From assembly GCA_963675995.2 (NCBI GenBank), contig CAXXIY010000001.1, forward strand, positions 2,106,690-2,170,689: a DNA stretch of 64,000 bases, in the 5' to 3' direction. Source of the stretch: Prolixibacteraceae bacterium (GTDB lineage: Bacteria > Bacteroidota > Bacteroidia > Bacteroidales > Prolixibacteraceae). Positions 21,584 to 32,398 of this stretch are shown here, piece after piece. Numbering within the stretch: position 1 is the first letter of the stretch; the number at the start of each line of letters is the position of its first letter. A program made the position numbers and the translations under genes. A model generated the notes under the pieces. That model saw nothing but the letters and a program-made list of their open reading frames with translations, searched no databases and was not told the origin of the DNA.

Positions 21584-24500
21584 ATGCAAAATAAAAAAAT
21601 GAACTCAAATTGTAAGAGTGGTGGTATACTTTTCGTGATCACTTTGTTTATCATCATTCATAGTTCTTCTGCAATCGCACAAGAACAAAAACAGGTGCTT
21701 AATAAACGGATGGCTGGGTACCATTTTTCCGTTGTTTTCACAGGTGAAGCGATGCCCAGCTCGGCTGTACTAACATATCCGATAAAAACACCTGATTACC
21801 AGAATTATAATTTTCTTGTAAAATTTATGCCTTGCCTCTCTGTAGGTGGGAAGATCATTTATCCATCGGCTTTCAAGAATGTCAAAGTGGAAGATTTTCC
21901 TGGTGGAGTAGAGGCCTCATTTACATATGATAACACTAAAATTACCACTCGCATTTCTCCACTTTTGATTGGGAGGGGTGCTAAAACCTGGCAGGGAGCG
22001 ACGCTTTATGATATTCAGACTTCTCCTGCCTGTGAGGTTTTGGTTCTGCTGGGAAAAGGCAATACACTGAATCTTTATTCTGAATTTGCTACATCTTTCA
22101 TGGTCAGGGACAGTGTAATCGCAATAGATAAAATTAAACGTGTTGATGATCATAGCGTTGGCTTTGTTAGTGGGAAGGATGGATTAAATGTAGTTGTAAA
22201 GGGTTCGGAACCTATTACTATCGGAAAAATCGCTGACAAAGATCTACAAGCTTATGTTCGTTTTGCCAAAGGTTCAGGAAATGTATTGGCTGCTTATTCT
22301 GATAATGCTGGTGATATGAAAACGCTGGGAAAATTAAATGCGGCGATAGAGAGGACCCGGGTAAAAAAATATTATGAGGATTTGTATCAAACTTCCCTCG
22401 AAACTCCGGAACCAGTTATGAATCTGGCTTTTGCCTCGGCACTCTACAATTTGGAATATAGCTGGTTCGAGCCTTTTGGTTGGGGTGAGTGTCTCCACCA
22501 TTGGCTGGCCCTGTGGCACATGCAAGTAGGTGCTGCAGCGGACCTCATTGGCCAGACCGACCGTTCAAGATCATGCATACTTGAACATGCCCATCATTTA
22601 CTTAAAGATGGATCAGTTCCCCAGTTTATGCCCAATAAGGCAACAAAAAAGGACTTTGGCGGATCAAATGCATATTGGGTATGGCAAGTCCGGCATTACC
22701 TCAACTATTCTGGGGATAAGGACTTTGCAAAGCAGATAATTCCTTTTGTGGATAGGGTGATCGATCAAACTTTGAAAGAATACGACAAGGATGGAGATCT
22801 TCTTCCCTCTTGGGGACTTCAGATCGGCAACCAGGAAGACTTCCTGGGTAACCCTTACAATGGTTCGGTCCCTTCGATGGAACTATATAATATGTTCATG
22901 ACTCGTGCGGAGCTATCCAGATTTATTGGTGATATGGTTACCGCTTCTCTTTGGTTTAACAAAGCCTCCCTTGTTCACGCAAAGTTGTATAAAGAATTAT
23001 GGATGAATGATCTGGGTAGGTTTGCATATTATAAAGACCCTACCGGAACGATAATGCCCGACGGACAATACCAGACCTATCTTTATCCCATAATTTATGA
23101 CCTGGTGGATGAATACGATAAATATTCCGGCCTCCGCCATCTAAGAGACCGTCTCACAGGAGCGAACGGTGCCATATACCTTTCAAATAACTTCCCATGG
23201 CATACGTCTGGAATTTCCAGTACATGGGGAATGCAAAGCGGTGAGGCCCAGCAACCATGGGCTGCTGCTGGCTTATCCAAATCGGGATTAAACAATGAGA
23301 CTTGGCGCCCGTTAAAGGCGATGGCTGACTGGGCGCACGATATTAATCACCGGGGGTCGTGGCCAGAAACTGGTCCGGAACCAACTCCAGCCTATTTTAC
23401 ACCACCTGCAGGATTATACCTGGTGGCGGTAACAGAAGCGCTGTTCGGAATTAATGTACATGCACCAGATGGATATATTGAAATTTCGCCTTCGCTTCCC
23501 GACCTTTGGCCTTTTGCGAAATTAAATCTGCCTGACTTTAAGGTAAATTATACCAGAAAGCAAAACCGTATTGAATATTCGCTGACTTCGTCAAAGGATT
23601 TGCCGTTGAAGATTAAGTGGCGTCTACCGGTATCCGGTATTAAGAAATGTACCGTAAACAATAAGGATGTCCACTATAAAATTATTCCGGGAGTGAATCA
23701 TATGGTACTGTGCTTTGATGTCCCACATGCAGATAATTATAAATTGAGTATTGAATTTGAGCCGGTTAACTACAAAGTTAATGCGCCGCATAGTATTGCT
23801 GCCGGAGAGAAAATGGAAGTTTCAGTGGAAGGAGCTACTATTGAGCAGGTGATAGACAGGTATGGAGTATTGGAAAATATCAGGATTAATTCTGCCTCCT
23901 CCTTCTCCTCCAAAGTCCAGTTGCGTTTAATGGACCCATATAAGTCATTCAATCAACTCGGACAACTTAATTTTTCAACTCGCACCTTTTTTATGGATTG
24001 CCGTACTCCGGAAGGATTACCCTTTATCGCAGCAGTTGATGTGTGCATTTTGCCCGGAATTGAAGCCACTTATACTGGAATTGCAAAGAATACAAACAAC
24101 GGGAATGCAATTCAGATTAAAGTAAGAAATAACACAGGTGAATCTTTCAAAGGAGATGCAGGTATTACAATAGCCAATAACGACTTCCTTATCCCGGTCA
24201 GTCTCCCTTCCCGGTCAGACCAGGTAATTGATATTCCTCTGCCTTCCGGCTCAAAGCTTTCTGCCGGTGATAACATTGCAACATTCACTCTTTCGGGAGA
24301 GAATCCGGTAAATATACATTTCCCATGGAAAGATGCCACCCATATTCCAAAGTTTGTGCCAATCGAACTACAGACAAAAGACCTGATGGCGGATACCCTA
24401 TGGAATACCCTTCGTGTCATGCCCGGATTTCCTCACATTTTTTTTACGTTTACAAACTATGGTTGGCCCAAACCTATGTCGGCGCTTAAAAATGTAACCG

Positions 24501-25054
24501 AGATTGAGGCAGAGCAGATCCCAGGCTTGAAATTCAAAATACCTGGCCGGCAATTTATCCCGGTTTCCCATCTTGCAGGGAAAGTTTCTTATAGACTCGA
24601 CCTGGGAAAGAAGAATTATAAAAAACTATATTTACTGGTATTGCCGTTTGTGGATAACCACAATATGTTCTCATCGGTTGCCCGTATAACTGCCTATAAC
24701 AATAAAGAAATTGTATATAATCGGACCTTAAATTACCCCGGCGATGTAGATTATTGGGTTCCAAACAGGAATCCCACCAGCTTCGCCTCTTTCCGTGAAC
24801 CCAGGCCTGACCGTTTCGAACTTTTACCATTGTTGAATCCTGATATGTCAGACTGGAAAGAAGGCAAACCGCCCCTTTTCCCACAGTCCAAATGGTGGTC
24901 AACAAGCCTTCCTGTTGTTACTGAATCATGCCTGATGAACATTATTGAGATCAATCTGACTAAGCCTGGTGAACTCGATTATCTGGTTTTTGAAGTTCTG
25001 GGTGTTATGCCGGCATTTGGTATCGTGGCTGTGACAGCTGAATTGGCAGAGTAA
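21584..25054 (+). CDS. Very large secreted hypothetical protein with central six-hairpin glycoside-hydrolase-like domain
   Basis: Starts 11 nt after the previous gene. Signal peptide present. The central region (WGECLHHWLALWHMQVGAAADL...YWVWQVRHYLNYSGDKDF...QIGNQEDF) resembles (alpha/alpha)6 catalytic domains. Confidence 0.35.
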   Translation: MQNKKMNSNCKSGGILFVITLFIIIHSSSAIAQEQKQVLNKRMAGYHFSVVFTGEAMPSSAVLTYPIKTPDYQNYNFLVKFMPCLSVGGKIIYPSAFKNVKVEDFPGGVEASFTYDNTKITTRISPLLIGRGAKTWQGATLYDIQTSPACEVLVLLGKGNTLNLYSEFATSFMVRDSVIAIDKIKRVDDHSVGFVSGKDGLNVVVKGSEPITIGKIADKDLQAYVRFAKGSGNVLAAYSDNAGDMKTLGKLNAAIERTRVKKYYEDLYQTSLETPEPVMNLAFASALYNLEYSWFEPFGWGECLHHWLALWHMQVGAAADLIGQTDRSRSCILEHAHHLLKDGSVPQFMPNKATKKDFGGSNAYWVWQVRHYLNYSGDKDFAKQIIPFVDRVIDQTLKEYDKDGDLLPSWGLQIGNQEDFLGNPYNGSVPSMELYNMFMTRAELSRFIGDMVTASLWFNKASLVHAKLYKELWMNDLGRFAYYKDPTGTIMPDGQYQTYLYPIIYDLVDEYDKYSGLRHLRDRLTGANGAIYLSNNFPWHTSGISSTWGMQSGEAQQPWAAAGLSKSGLNNETWRPLKAMADWAHDINHRGSWPETGPEPTPAYFTPPAGLYLVAVTEALFGINVHAPDGYIEISPSLPDLWPFAKLNLPDFKVNYTRKQNRIEYSLTSSKDLPLKIKWRLPVSGIKKCTVNNKDVHYKIIPGVNHMVLCFDVPHADNYKLSIEFEPVNYKVNAPHSIAAGEKMEVSVEGATIEQVIDRYGVLENIRINSASSFSSKVQLRLMDPYKSFNQLGQLNFSTRTFFMDCRTPEGLPFIAAVDVCILPGIEATYTGIAKNTNNGNAIQIKVRNNTGESFKGDAGITIANNDFLIPVSLPSRSDQVIDIPLPSGSKLSAGDNIATFTLSGENPVNIHFPWKDATHIPKFVPIELQTKDLMADTLWNTLRVMPGFPHIFFTFTNYGWPKPMSALKNVTEIEAEQIPGLKFKIPGRQFIPVSHLAGKVSYRLDLGKKNYKKLYLLVLPFVDNHNMFSSVARITAYNNKEIVYNRTLNYPGDVDYWVPNRNPTSFASFREPRPDRFELLPLLNPDMSDWKEGKPPLFPQSKWWSTSLPVVTESCLMNIIEINLTKPGELDYLVFEVLGVMPAFGIVAVTAELAE

Positions 25055-25770
25055 CTAATCAGTGATATCATAAGTTATGTCAGAAACTGAATAGATTAAA
25101 GAAACCTATGAACAAGCTAATGGCATATGATCATATGAAGGAAATGCAAAAAGTAAAATGGAAGCAATAAAGAATGGACTATTGGAGAGACGACATGGTG
25201 CAAAAAGCAATTCCAATACTAGATTTGTTGTCTGAAAATAACCCCAGGTAGGGTAATAAGAACGGCTCTGGCGGAGCTCAGTGGAATACACTGGGCATCC
25301 GTTCAAACCAATACTGATAACCTGTTTTCAGCATCGGAGGTTCGTCATCCATTCTATCTCCCCTCCAATGCAATCATTGCTGCAAAACTTTCTCAGGCAT
25401 TGGGTTGGAGGAATGCCCGCAACGAAGGATGTATTGAAGGGTTACACATTGGTATACAGGGTGAAATGGGATGTGGAATGCAACCAGATAGAAAGATATA
25501 GTCTTGCCAACAGACCTTCAGTTTGTAATTTAACCAATGAAGGATCTGTTGTTAATATATAAAATAAAATTAAATGGAAGGGAGGCTGTTCTGCTGTTCA
25601 AGCCGGATGCATTGACTATTTCAGATCCACCAGCTGTGCCTCAGCTCACTCTTAGTAAATGGAATGATTTTATCTTCATGCAGCACTTAATTGGAAACCA
25701 TGATGCCTCAGATAGACAGGGAATAATAGAAAATTTGTATTTGCACCGATAACTTATCGAGAATTGAGAA

Positions 25771-27891
25771 ATGAAAAAAAATGAACTTTTCCTATTTATA
25801 GTTTTATTTATTCATGTATTCTGCAATGGATCAACTAAAAAGGGTTCAATTGCCAGTTATGTATCCCACCTGACGGTCGATGGTAAAATAGAGAAAATCT
25901 TTAACCGCAAGTGGGCGGAAAATGCATTTTCTCTCAAAATAGCAAGTAACCCTTCAGACCGAATGAATCCCGGGATTCCCTTCTCTTTTGTTTATGGGGG
26001 GCATAACTCATCAGAGTTTTTGAATAGCTGGGAAAAGCAGGTAAAGGACGAAAAAATAGATGCCACCAAACGCAGACGAACGCTTATACTCTCTGACCCG
26101 GAGACCGGGCTTGAGGTCCGTGCTGTTGCTATAATCTACACAAACACCGCGGGTGTGGATTGGACACTGTATTTCACTAATAATGGTACGAGGGATTCTC
26201 CGGTGATCGAACAGGTAAAGGCCGTGGATGTAAGTATAAAACTGGGACAGAATCAAAGTCCGCCTGTATTACACCGGATCAAAGGTGGTGACGGGGGTGT
26301 TGACGACTGGATGCCATTTGATGAAACTATTGGCACTGGACAAAAGAATGAGTTTGCTCCGACAGCCGGACGTTCATCGTTGGGTAATACCCCCTGGTTT
26401 AACCTTCAATGGGATGGTGGCGGAGTAATCACAGCCATCGGTTGGACCGGACAGTGGAAGGCTTCAGTGGAAAACAACAACGGTTTGGGTCGGATTCGGG
26501 CAGGGATGCAGCACCTCCATATCAAACTCCTGCCGGGAGAAACCATACGCAGTCCGCGAATCATGCAGTTATACTGGTTCGGGAATGATGAACTGCGAGC
26601 TTACAACCTCTTTCGCCAGACGATGCTTGCCCATATTGTCCCCCGAATCGACGGGAAACCGATTGCTCCACCAATTGTTCACCTGAGTACCGCTTTTTAT
26701 GAAATGGATAAAGGGACAGATGCTGATGTACTGTCTCACCTTTCGGCGATTAAAGGACTTGGTTTCGAGTACTTTTGGATGGATGCCTATTATGGAAAGG
26801 ACGATTTTCCAAAAGTAGGGAACTATGTCTTTCCCTTGTTGCGTGGATTCAATCAGAAGCGTTTTCCTAATGGGATTAAACCCATAAGTGATGCCGTTCG
26901 GAAAGCCGACCTGAAATTCCTGATGTGGTTTGAGTATGAGCGTATTTGTGCAGGAACATTGATTGCCAGGGAACACCCCGGGTGGGTAGTCCTGCCACCT
27001 GACGGTAGGTGGGGGATGTTTAATCTGGCGATCCCCGAGGCCCGGGAATACATTTACAAGTACCTCTCAACGTCAATAAGGGAATACGGGATTAGTTGGT
27101 TGCGGGTTGATAATGCTGTATTTTATGAAAGTTTATGGGCGCAGCTCGACAAAGATTACCCTGACCGGGTTGGGATCTCCGAAATACGGTATATTGAAGG
27201 ACATTATCGTTTATGGGATGATTTACTCAAGGAGTTTCCCTATCTGGCCATCGATAATTGTGCTTCGGGTGGTCACCGTGTCGATTTAGAGACCTGTTCC
27301 CGCTCAATTCCGCTTTGGCGTACCGATGGAACAATAGGACCACTGCTGAACAAAAACTATAATCAGGCTGCAATTCAAAATCAGGTAATGACAGCCGGTC
27401 TTAGCCGGTATGTCCCATTCAGCGCCAGCGGACAGATGGGGTCCACTCCATATCTGTTTCGGAGTGGCTTTAGCGGTGGGATATCCTTTTGTGAGGATGT
27501 TCGCCTCAAGGAATATCCACGCGATCAGCTTAAATCTGCTATCCTGGAGGGAAAGCGCATCCGGAATTACTATTTTGGCAATTTTTACCCCCTGACAAAG
27601 GTGACACTTGACACCACTGCCTGGTGTGTGACTCAGTACCATAGGACCAAGGAAAATGATGGAATGATCATGGCATTCCGCAGGCCTCAATCTGAACAGT
27701 CAGAGTTCAATCTTAACAGATTGCGCGAAATTGAACCGAAGGCAAAATACAGGATTACTACGTATCAAGGCTATGAGCTATTGTCAGCCAAAACGATAAC
27801 CGGCGAAGAACTCCTGCATTCAAAGGCTGCAATCCATGACAAACCTGGATCAGTCCTTATTGAGTATAAGAAAGTCAGTGTTAGTTTTTGA
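25771..27891 (+). CDS. GH36-like glycoside hydrolase (alpha-galactosidase superfamily)
   Basis: Signal peptide. FEYFWMDAYYG and DNCASGGHRVDLE resemble the GH36 (beta/alpha)8 catalytic-core motifs. Confidence 0.55.
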   Translation: MKKNELFLFIVLFIHVFCNGSTKKGSIASYVSHLTVDGKIEKIFNRKWAENAFSLKIASNPSDRMNPGIPFSFVYGGHNSSEFLNSWEKQVKDEKIDATKRRRTLILSDPETGLEVRAVAIIYTNTAGVDWTLYFTNNGTRDSPVIEQVKAVDVSIKLGQNQSPPVLHRIKGGDGGVDDWMPFDETIGTGQKNEFAPTAGRSSLGNTPWFNLQWDGGGVITAIGWTGQWKASVENNNGLGRIRAGMQHLHIKLLPGETIRSPRIMQLYWFGNDELRAYNLFRQTMLAHIVPRIDGKPIAPPIVHLSTAFYEMDKGTDADVLSHLSAIKGLGFEYFWMDAYYGKDDFPKVGNYVFPLLRGFNQKRFPNGIKPISDAVRKADLKFLMWFEYERICAGTLIAREHPGWVVLPPDGRWGMFNLAIPEAREYIYKYLSTSIREYGISWLRVDNAVFYESLWAQLDKDYPDRVGISEIRYIEGHYRLWDDLLKEFPYLAIDNCASGGHRVDLETCSRSIPLWRTDGTIGPLLNKNYNQAAIQNQVMTAGLSRYVPFSASGQMGSTPYLFRSGFSGGISFCEDVRLKEYPRDQLKSAILEGKRIRNYYFGNFYPLTKVTLDTTAWCVTQYHRTKENDGMIMAFRRPQSEQSEFNLNRLREIEPKAKYRITTYQGYELLSAKTITGEELLHSKAAIHDKPGSVLIEYKKVSVSF

Positions 27892-27963
27892 TTGTACTGA
27901 ATCTATTTAGTAATTTTGATTGGCTGACTCATCCCAATTCCACTTTCTGAATAATCTATAATT

Positions 27964-30207
27964 ATGAAACACCGTTTCTTTCTGCTTTTTTCCTTTTTTC
28001 TGCTCACTATTAGCGCCTGCAATAAAAAGGAAAACCAAATTACCGGGTTGAAAATGCTTGAAGGGGGAAAGACTTTTGCTGTCCCCACAGGCACCATTGC
28101 CGATCAGTTTGTACTAAAGAAATTTCCGGATGCCCGGATTAAGTATTACAATAGCGCACTCGATTGTGCAATTGCCGTAAAAGATGGGAAAGCTGATGCT
28201 GCCTGCTATGACCAGCCTATACTGAAAAATATTGCAGCAAAAAACGAAGGGGTTACCGTATTGCCGGAATTGCTTTTAGGTGACCGTTATGGATTTGCCG
28301 TTCAATTAGGTAACCATAGACTAAAATCGGCCATTGACTCGGTTTTATCAACTCTAAATGCCGATGGTACCTACGATGAAATGATGAAACGGTGGTTTCC
28401 TGCCAAGGGAAATCCGGCCCCTATGCCTCTATTCCAATTCAATAACGGAAATGGAGTTCTCAGATTTGGAACAGCGGCAGTTACCGAACCTATGTCGTTT
28501 TATGATTCCAACCATAAAATCGCAGGATTTGACATAGAGTTGGCAACAAGAATAGCCCATTTTTTGGGTAAAAAGATTGAAATCGTGGATATGGATTTTG
28601 GGGCAATGCTGCCTGCCTTAATATCGGGTAAGGTGGATATGATTGGTGCCGGGCTTTCAATTACGGAGGAACGTGCCAAGAAAGTGCTTTATTCCGAAAG
28701 TTATTATCCCAGCGGAATAGCAGCATTGGTAAGAAGTAAGTCTGACAGGGAAAATGAGATGGTAACACCCAAATTAAGATCAGGTAAAGAAATTTGCGAC
28801 AAACGGATAGGAGTTATGCTGGGCACGGTTCACGACAGCTATGCCAGAAAAAATTATCCAAATGCGGAAATATTTCAATACCACTCTGTTCCTGATATGA
28901 TTATGGCTTTAAATTCCGGGAAGGTGGATGTAGCTATTATTGGCAATGTTACTTTAAAGGATATTCTGAAAAGAAACGATCGAATCGGAATATTGGAAAA
29001 CGAAATTTACTCATGCCCACTTGGTATTGGCTTCAATAAAGAGAATACGGCTCTGATAAGCCGCTTCAACGCATTCCTGAAAGAAATAAAAGCCAATGGG
29101 ATTTATGACGATATGGTGGACCGTTGGATGAAAAAAGATATTTATCAAATGCCACAGATCGAAACCCCTGCCAAAAATGGAAAGCTTAATTCAGGAGTTG
29201 TCACCAGCATTGGATTTCCACACTCAGGAATCGAAAATGGTAAAAATGCGGGATTTGATATTGAACTTGCAAAACGTTTTGCAGCTTATCTCGGAATGGA
29301 ATTCGTCCCTGTGGATCTTGTTTTTTCCAGTATGCTTGCCTCTTTAAAAACCAATAAAATCGACATCGCTGCCTGTAGTATGATGATCACGGGGGAGAGG
29401 CAGAAACAAATAAGTTTTTCAGATCCTTACTATTCGTCAGTTGCATGTATCATCGCGTTGAAAAACAATATGTCCGCTTTTACCGGCAATGAAGAGAAAC
29501 CGGTAAAAGCATCTTTTGCAAAATCAATTTCCGAAAGTTTTTACAACAATATCATTTTGGAGAAAAGGTATCTGTTAATTATTGATGGTTTAAAAATTAC
29601 GATACTGATCTCCATATTTGCATCAATTGTGGGAACTATCATTGGTGGATTGGTTTGTTTTATGAGGATGTCCAGAAGAAAAATCCTTTCCATGACGGCC
29701 AGGTTCTATATCTCAATCCTGAGGGGTACTCCTGTGCTGGTTTTGTTGATGATCATCTATTATGTGGTATTTGGCTCAGTGAATATTAACCCTGCAATCG
29801 TTGCCATTTTTGCCTTCGGTCTTAATTTTGGAGCATATGTTTCAGAGATGTTCAGAACCTCTATCGAAAGTGTAGACAAGGGACAAAAGGAAGCAGGGAT
29901 TGCTGGTGGTTTCACCCAGATGCAGACTTTCATTCATATCATCCTTCCACAGGCAACACGTCAGGCTTTACCCGTTTATAAAGGGGAATTCATCTCACTT
30001 GTGAAAATGACCTCAATCGTAGGATATATTGCGGTCCAGGATTTAACCAAAGCAAGCGATATTATCCGGAGCCGAACATTTGATGCATTTTTTCCGCTCC
30101 TTATGGCTGCTTTGCTTTATCTGATCATTGCCTGGTTGCTGTCTTGGGCATTAGGTTATGTGGAAGTATCAGTCGATCCCAAAAGAAGGCATCTGACAAT
30201 CAAATGA
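27964..30207 (+). CDS. ABC transporter fusion: lipoprotein signal + two tandem family-3 substrate-binding domains + amino-acid-type permease domain (GlnP-like)
   Basis: Lipobox LLTISAC. Two SBP_bac_3-like units (GFDIELATRIAHFLGKK.. and GFDIELAKRFAAYLGME..). The C-terminal ~230 aa has multiple TM helices and an EAA-loop-like QKEAGIAGGFTQMQTFIHIILPQA. Confidence 0.8.
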   Translation: MKHRFFLLFSFFLLTISACNKKENQITGLKMLEGGKTFAVPTGTIADQFVLKKFPDARIKYYNSALDCAIAVKDGKADAACYDQPILKNIAAKNEGVTVLPELLLGDRYGFAVQLGNHRLKSAIDSVLSTLNADGTYDEMMKRWFPAKGNPAPMPLFQFNNGNGVLRFGTAAVTEPMSFYDSNHKIAGFDIELATRIAHFLGKKIEIVDMDFGAMLPALISGKVDMIGAGLSITEERAKKVLYSESYYPSGIAALVRSKSDRENEMVTPKLRSGKEICDKRIGVMLGTVHDSYARKNYPNAEIFQYHSVPDMIMALNSGKVDVAIIGNVTLKDILKRNDRIGILENEIYSCPLGIGFNKENTALISRFNAFLKEIKANGIYDDMVDRWMKKDIYQMPQIETPAKNGKLNSGVVTSIGFPHSGIENGKNAGFDIELAKRFAAYLGMEFVPVDLVFSSMLASLKTNKIDIAACSMMITGERQKQISFSDPYYSSVACIIALKNNMSAFTGNEEKPVKASFAKSISESFYNNIILEKRYLLIIDGLKITILISIFASIVGTIIGGLVCFMRMSRRKILSMTARFYISILRGTPVLVLLMIIYYVVFGSVNINPAIVAIFAFGLNFGAYVSEMFRTSIESVDKGQKEAGIAGGFTQMQTFIHIILPQATRQALPVYKGEFISLVKMTSIVGYIAVQDLTKASDIIRSRTFDAFFPLLMAALLYLIIAWLLSWALGYVEVSVDPKRRHLTIK

Positions 30208-30453
30208 GCATTCGGATTTATTTAATTTAAATAAGAGTATAGTTAAATATTTAAATAAAAAGATGCTAGTTTTGACTTTTCAACAGCTCATCTGAAGCCC
30301 TTCCAATGAAGTGAAATTTTGTTAATAATGTGAAAATTCCAAGCTTTCCACAGTTTAAATAGAACAATGATTATGGTTTGTTCGATGGAATTTCCTTATT
30401 TCGCCAATTGTTCTTTACAGCTTAGATTTGCTTTATAAATTAAAATTTAAAAC

Positions 30454-31095
30454 ATGAAAAAATCCATTTTGACAATTGGTTTTTTGTTATTAGTACTTGT
30501 GGTATCCGCAGAATCACCTTCAAAATTTGATTTTGGACTGAAGATGGGAGTTAACTTCAGTATGATCTCAGCGAGTAATCCTCCTCAGAGTAATTATCCC
30601 TATACCAATTTCAATTCGGCAACCAAACCAGGCTTTGATTTTGGCGCCTTTGCCCGTTATGGTGGAAAGAGACTCTATTTTCAGTCCGAAATCTTATACT
30701 CACGTATAAATGGTGAATCGAGTTTTTATAATGAAAATCTGAAAGGAACGGAAACACAAAATTTAAATACGATCAAAATACCGTTTTTAATAGGAATAAA
30801 GTTAGTGAAACTGAAATCAGGATCTGTGCGAATATTTACAGGACCATCACTTGGCATCCTTTTGCCCAGCAGTACCATAAATGTCCATAATTTCTTTGTT
30901 GGTGATTCAAAAAATTATAATCGTGTCGTTGGAAACTGGCAGGCAGGAGCTGGTTTGGATGTTTCAAGATTTACTTTTGATGTTCGTTATGAATATGGAC
31001 TTTCCAATATCTGTGATGGACCGGTCAGAAGTAATCAGGGTTTGGTTTGTACGGGAAATTCAATGACCTTCTCTGTTGGTTATAAAATATTCTGA
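30454..31095 (+). CDS. Outer-membrane beta-barrel (porin-family/OmpA-like barrel) protein
   Basis: Signal peptide, alternating hydrophobic beta-strand pattern, C-terminal aromatic residue (..FSVGYKIF). Confidence 0.6.
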   Translation: MKKSILTIGFLLLVLVVSAESPSKFDFGLKMGVNFSMISASNPPQSNYPYTNFNSATKPGFDFGAFARYGGKRLYFQSEILYSRINGESSFYNENLKGTETQNLNTIKIPFLIGIKLVKLKSGSVRIFTGPSLGILLPSSTINVHNFFVGDSKNYNRVVGNWQAGAGLDVSRFTFDVRYEYGLSNICDGPVRSNQGLVCTGNSMTFSVGYKIF

Positions 31096-31149
31096 TCTTG
31101 ATCGTTAGCTATTTTATCGTTCAAATTTCTTAAAAACTCCCAATACACG

Positions 31150-31200
31150 GCAGAAAACAAAAAAACACCTGTGCATTCGAATGCGCAGGTGTTTCTGTTT
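31150..31200. terminator. Bidirectional rho-independent terminator between convergent genes
   Basis: Hairpin ACACCTGTGCAT-TCGA-ATGCGCAGGTGT (31165-31192, one mismatch), flanked by an A-run upstream and TTTCTGTTT downstream. Confidence 0.6.
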
Positions 31201-31316
31201 AATCTACTCCCAATTAAATTTGAAAGATCTAAATTGCCACTTTGCGTTTTCATTAAAAATCTGCCCTCTGAAAAACAAATAATTTTTACATGAAAAAGCT
31301 TGCTGATTTGAATTAT

Positions 31317-32219
31317 TTATTCACCTCTCCTGTTTCTGCTGGTTGGCCCCTTCTCCTCACTTTTATTCTCCTTCGTTTTTTTCATATTTTTCTGAACTTT
31401 AACAGGTTGTCCGATTTGTTTGCCGTAATATTTTACCGGTTGTGCCTGACGGTTTGCGGCTCCGTTTTTCCGGGGAGTATCTTTTGATGGCTGAGGAGTT
31501 GGTTTTACTTCGATCCGGTTTCCTCCTCCATTGGTTGCCTGGTTATTATAATTGCTGTTCCGGTCAGACTGGGAACCACTACTTTGTCTTTTCTCATTGC
31601 GGTTCTCCCCGGGACTTGAAGCTTGATTTCTGTAATCTGTGTTCCTGTCGGGCTTGTATCCTGTCTCCTTTTTTAGCTCATTACGATGTGTACCTTCGTA
31701 ATTTGCCCGTTCATTGTTATTTCCCGAATGTCGGGCATTTTCATTAAACCAGCGTGAGGACCAGGCATTATCGTGATCGCGGTTTCCATTGTATGATTTG
31801 TAATAATATCGTGGATAATGAGCCACATAATATTCAAAATGGTGCCAGGGTTCGTAAACAGCTTTATTGAGTTTAACCACAAAGCAGTTGTTCAGATCAA
31901 ATGAGGCATATATAGAAGGTAATGAAGCGCTAAACCTCCAGTTGCCATCCTCAATATAAACAAATTCACGATTCCGGAGATCATAATAGCACTCAATATC
32001 AGGCAGGTAATAGTAATTTACCTGATCGAAATTGTCGTTATTCGGAGCCCAGGGCGGTGGTGTACCATAGGTCATCCCTTGATTTTGCCCAACCATATAG
32101 GGGGTGGTACAACTGTAAAGGGTGAAAAGCAAAGCTACAGCGAAAACAGGAATGATTACCAAACCCCGAAAAGATATTCCCCGAATTTCCCTTTCAAAAT
32201 GAATGTTTAAAGTTTTCAT
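31317..32219 (-). CDS. Hypothetical membrane-anchored/lipoprotein with Y/W-rich core and low-complexity basic C-terminus
   Basis: N-terminal TM segment ending ..LYSC. Long ORF on the coding strand. No recognisable catalytic motif. Confidence 0.4.
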   Translation of the reverse strand: MKTLNIHFEREIRGISFRGLVIIPVFAVALLFTLYSCTTPYMVGQNQGMTYGTPPPWAPNNDNFDQVNYYYLPDIECYYDLRNREFVYIEDGNWRFSASLPSIYASFDLNNCFVVKLNKAVYEPWHHFEYYVAHYPRYYYKSYNGNRDHDNAWSSRWFNENARHSGNNNERANYEGTHRNELKKETGYKPDRNTDYRNQASSPGENRNEKRQSSGSQSDRNSNYNNQATNGGGNRIEVKPTPQPSKDTPRKNGAANRQAQPVKYYGKQIGQPVKVQKNMKKTKENKSEEKGPTSRNRRGE

Positions 32220-32398
32220 GTAAAAAATGTTGTTAGCGTTAAATTGAGATGATATTTACAAAAGTTGTGCCGAAAAAAGAAGTTGCGAATTGAAAAAGTA
32301 TGTTTGAGATTTTCCCCTTAGGCCGTCCAAGGGGCAGTAAATCATTTGACACGAATATTTTAACAAAGAACTTAATTCAACTACTCCGTTTTAGGTTT

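Noticed and set aside
25106-25752. Short ORFs (66-93 aa) in the 700-bp gap between the 1156-aa gene and the GH36-like gene.
   Set aside because: No motifs, and they conflict in strand and frame. They are probably spacer or decayed sequence, which is mentioned under the glycan-cluster finding.
31290-31747. Plus-strand ORFs 31290-31487 and 31442-31747, opposite the 300-aa minus-strand gene.
   Set aside because: They are antisense shadows within a longer and better-supported ORF.
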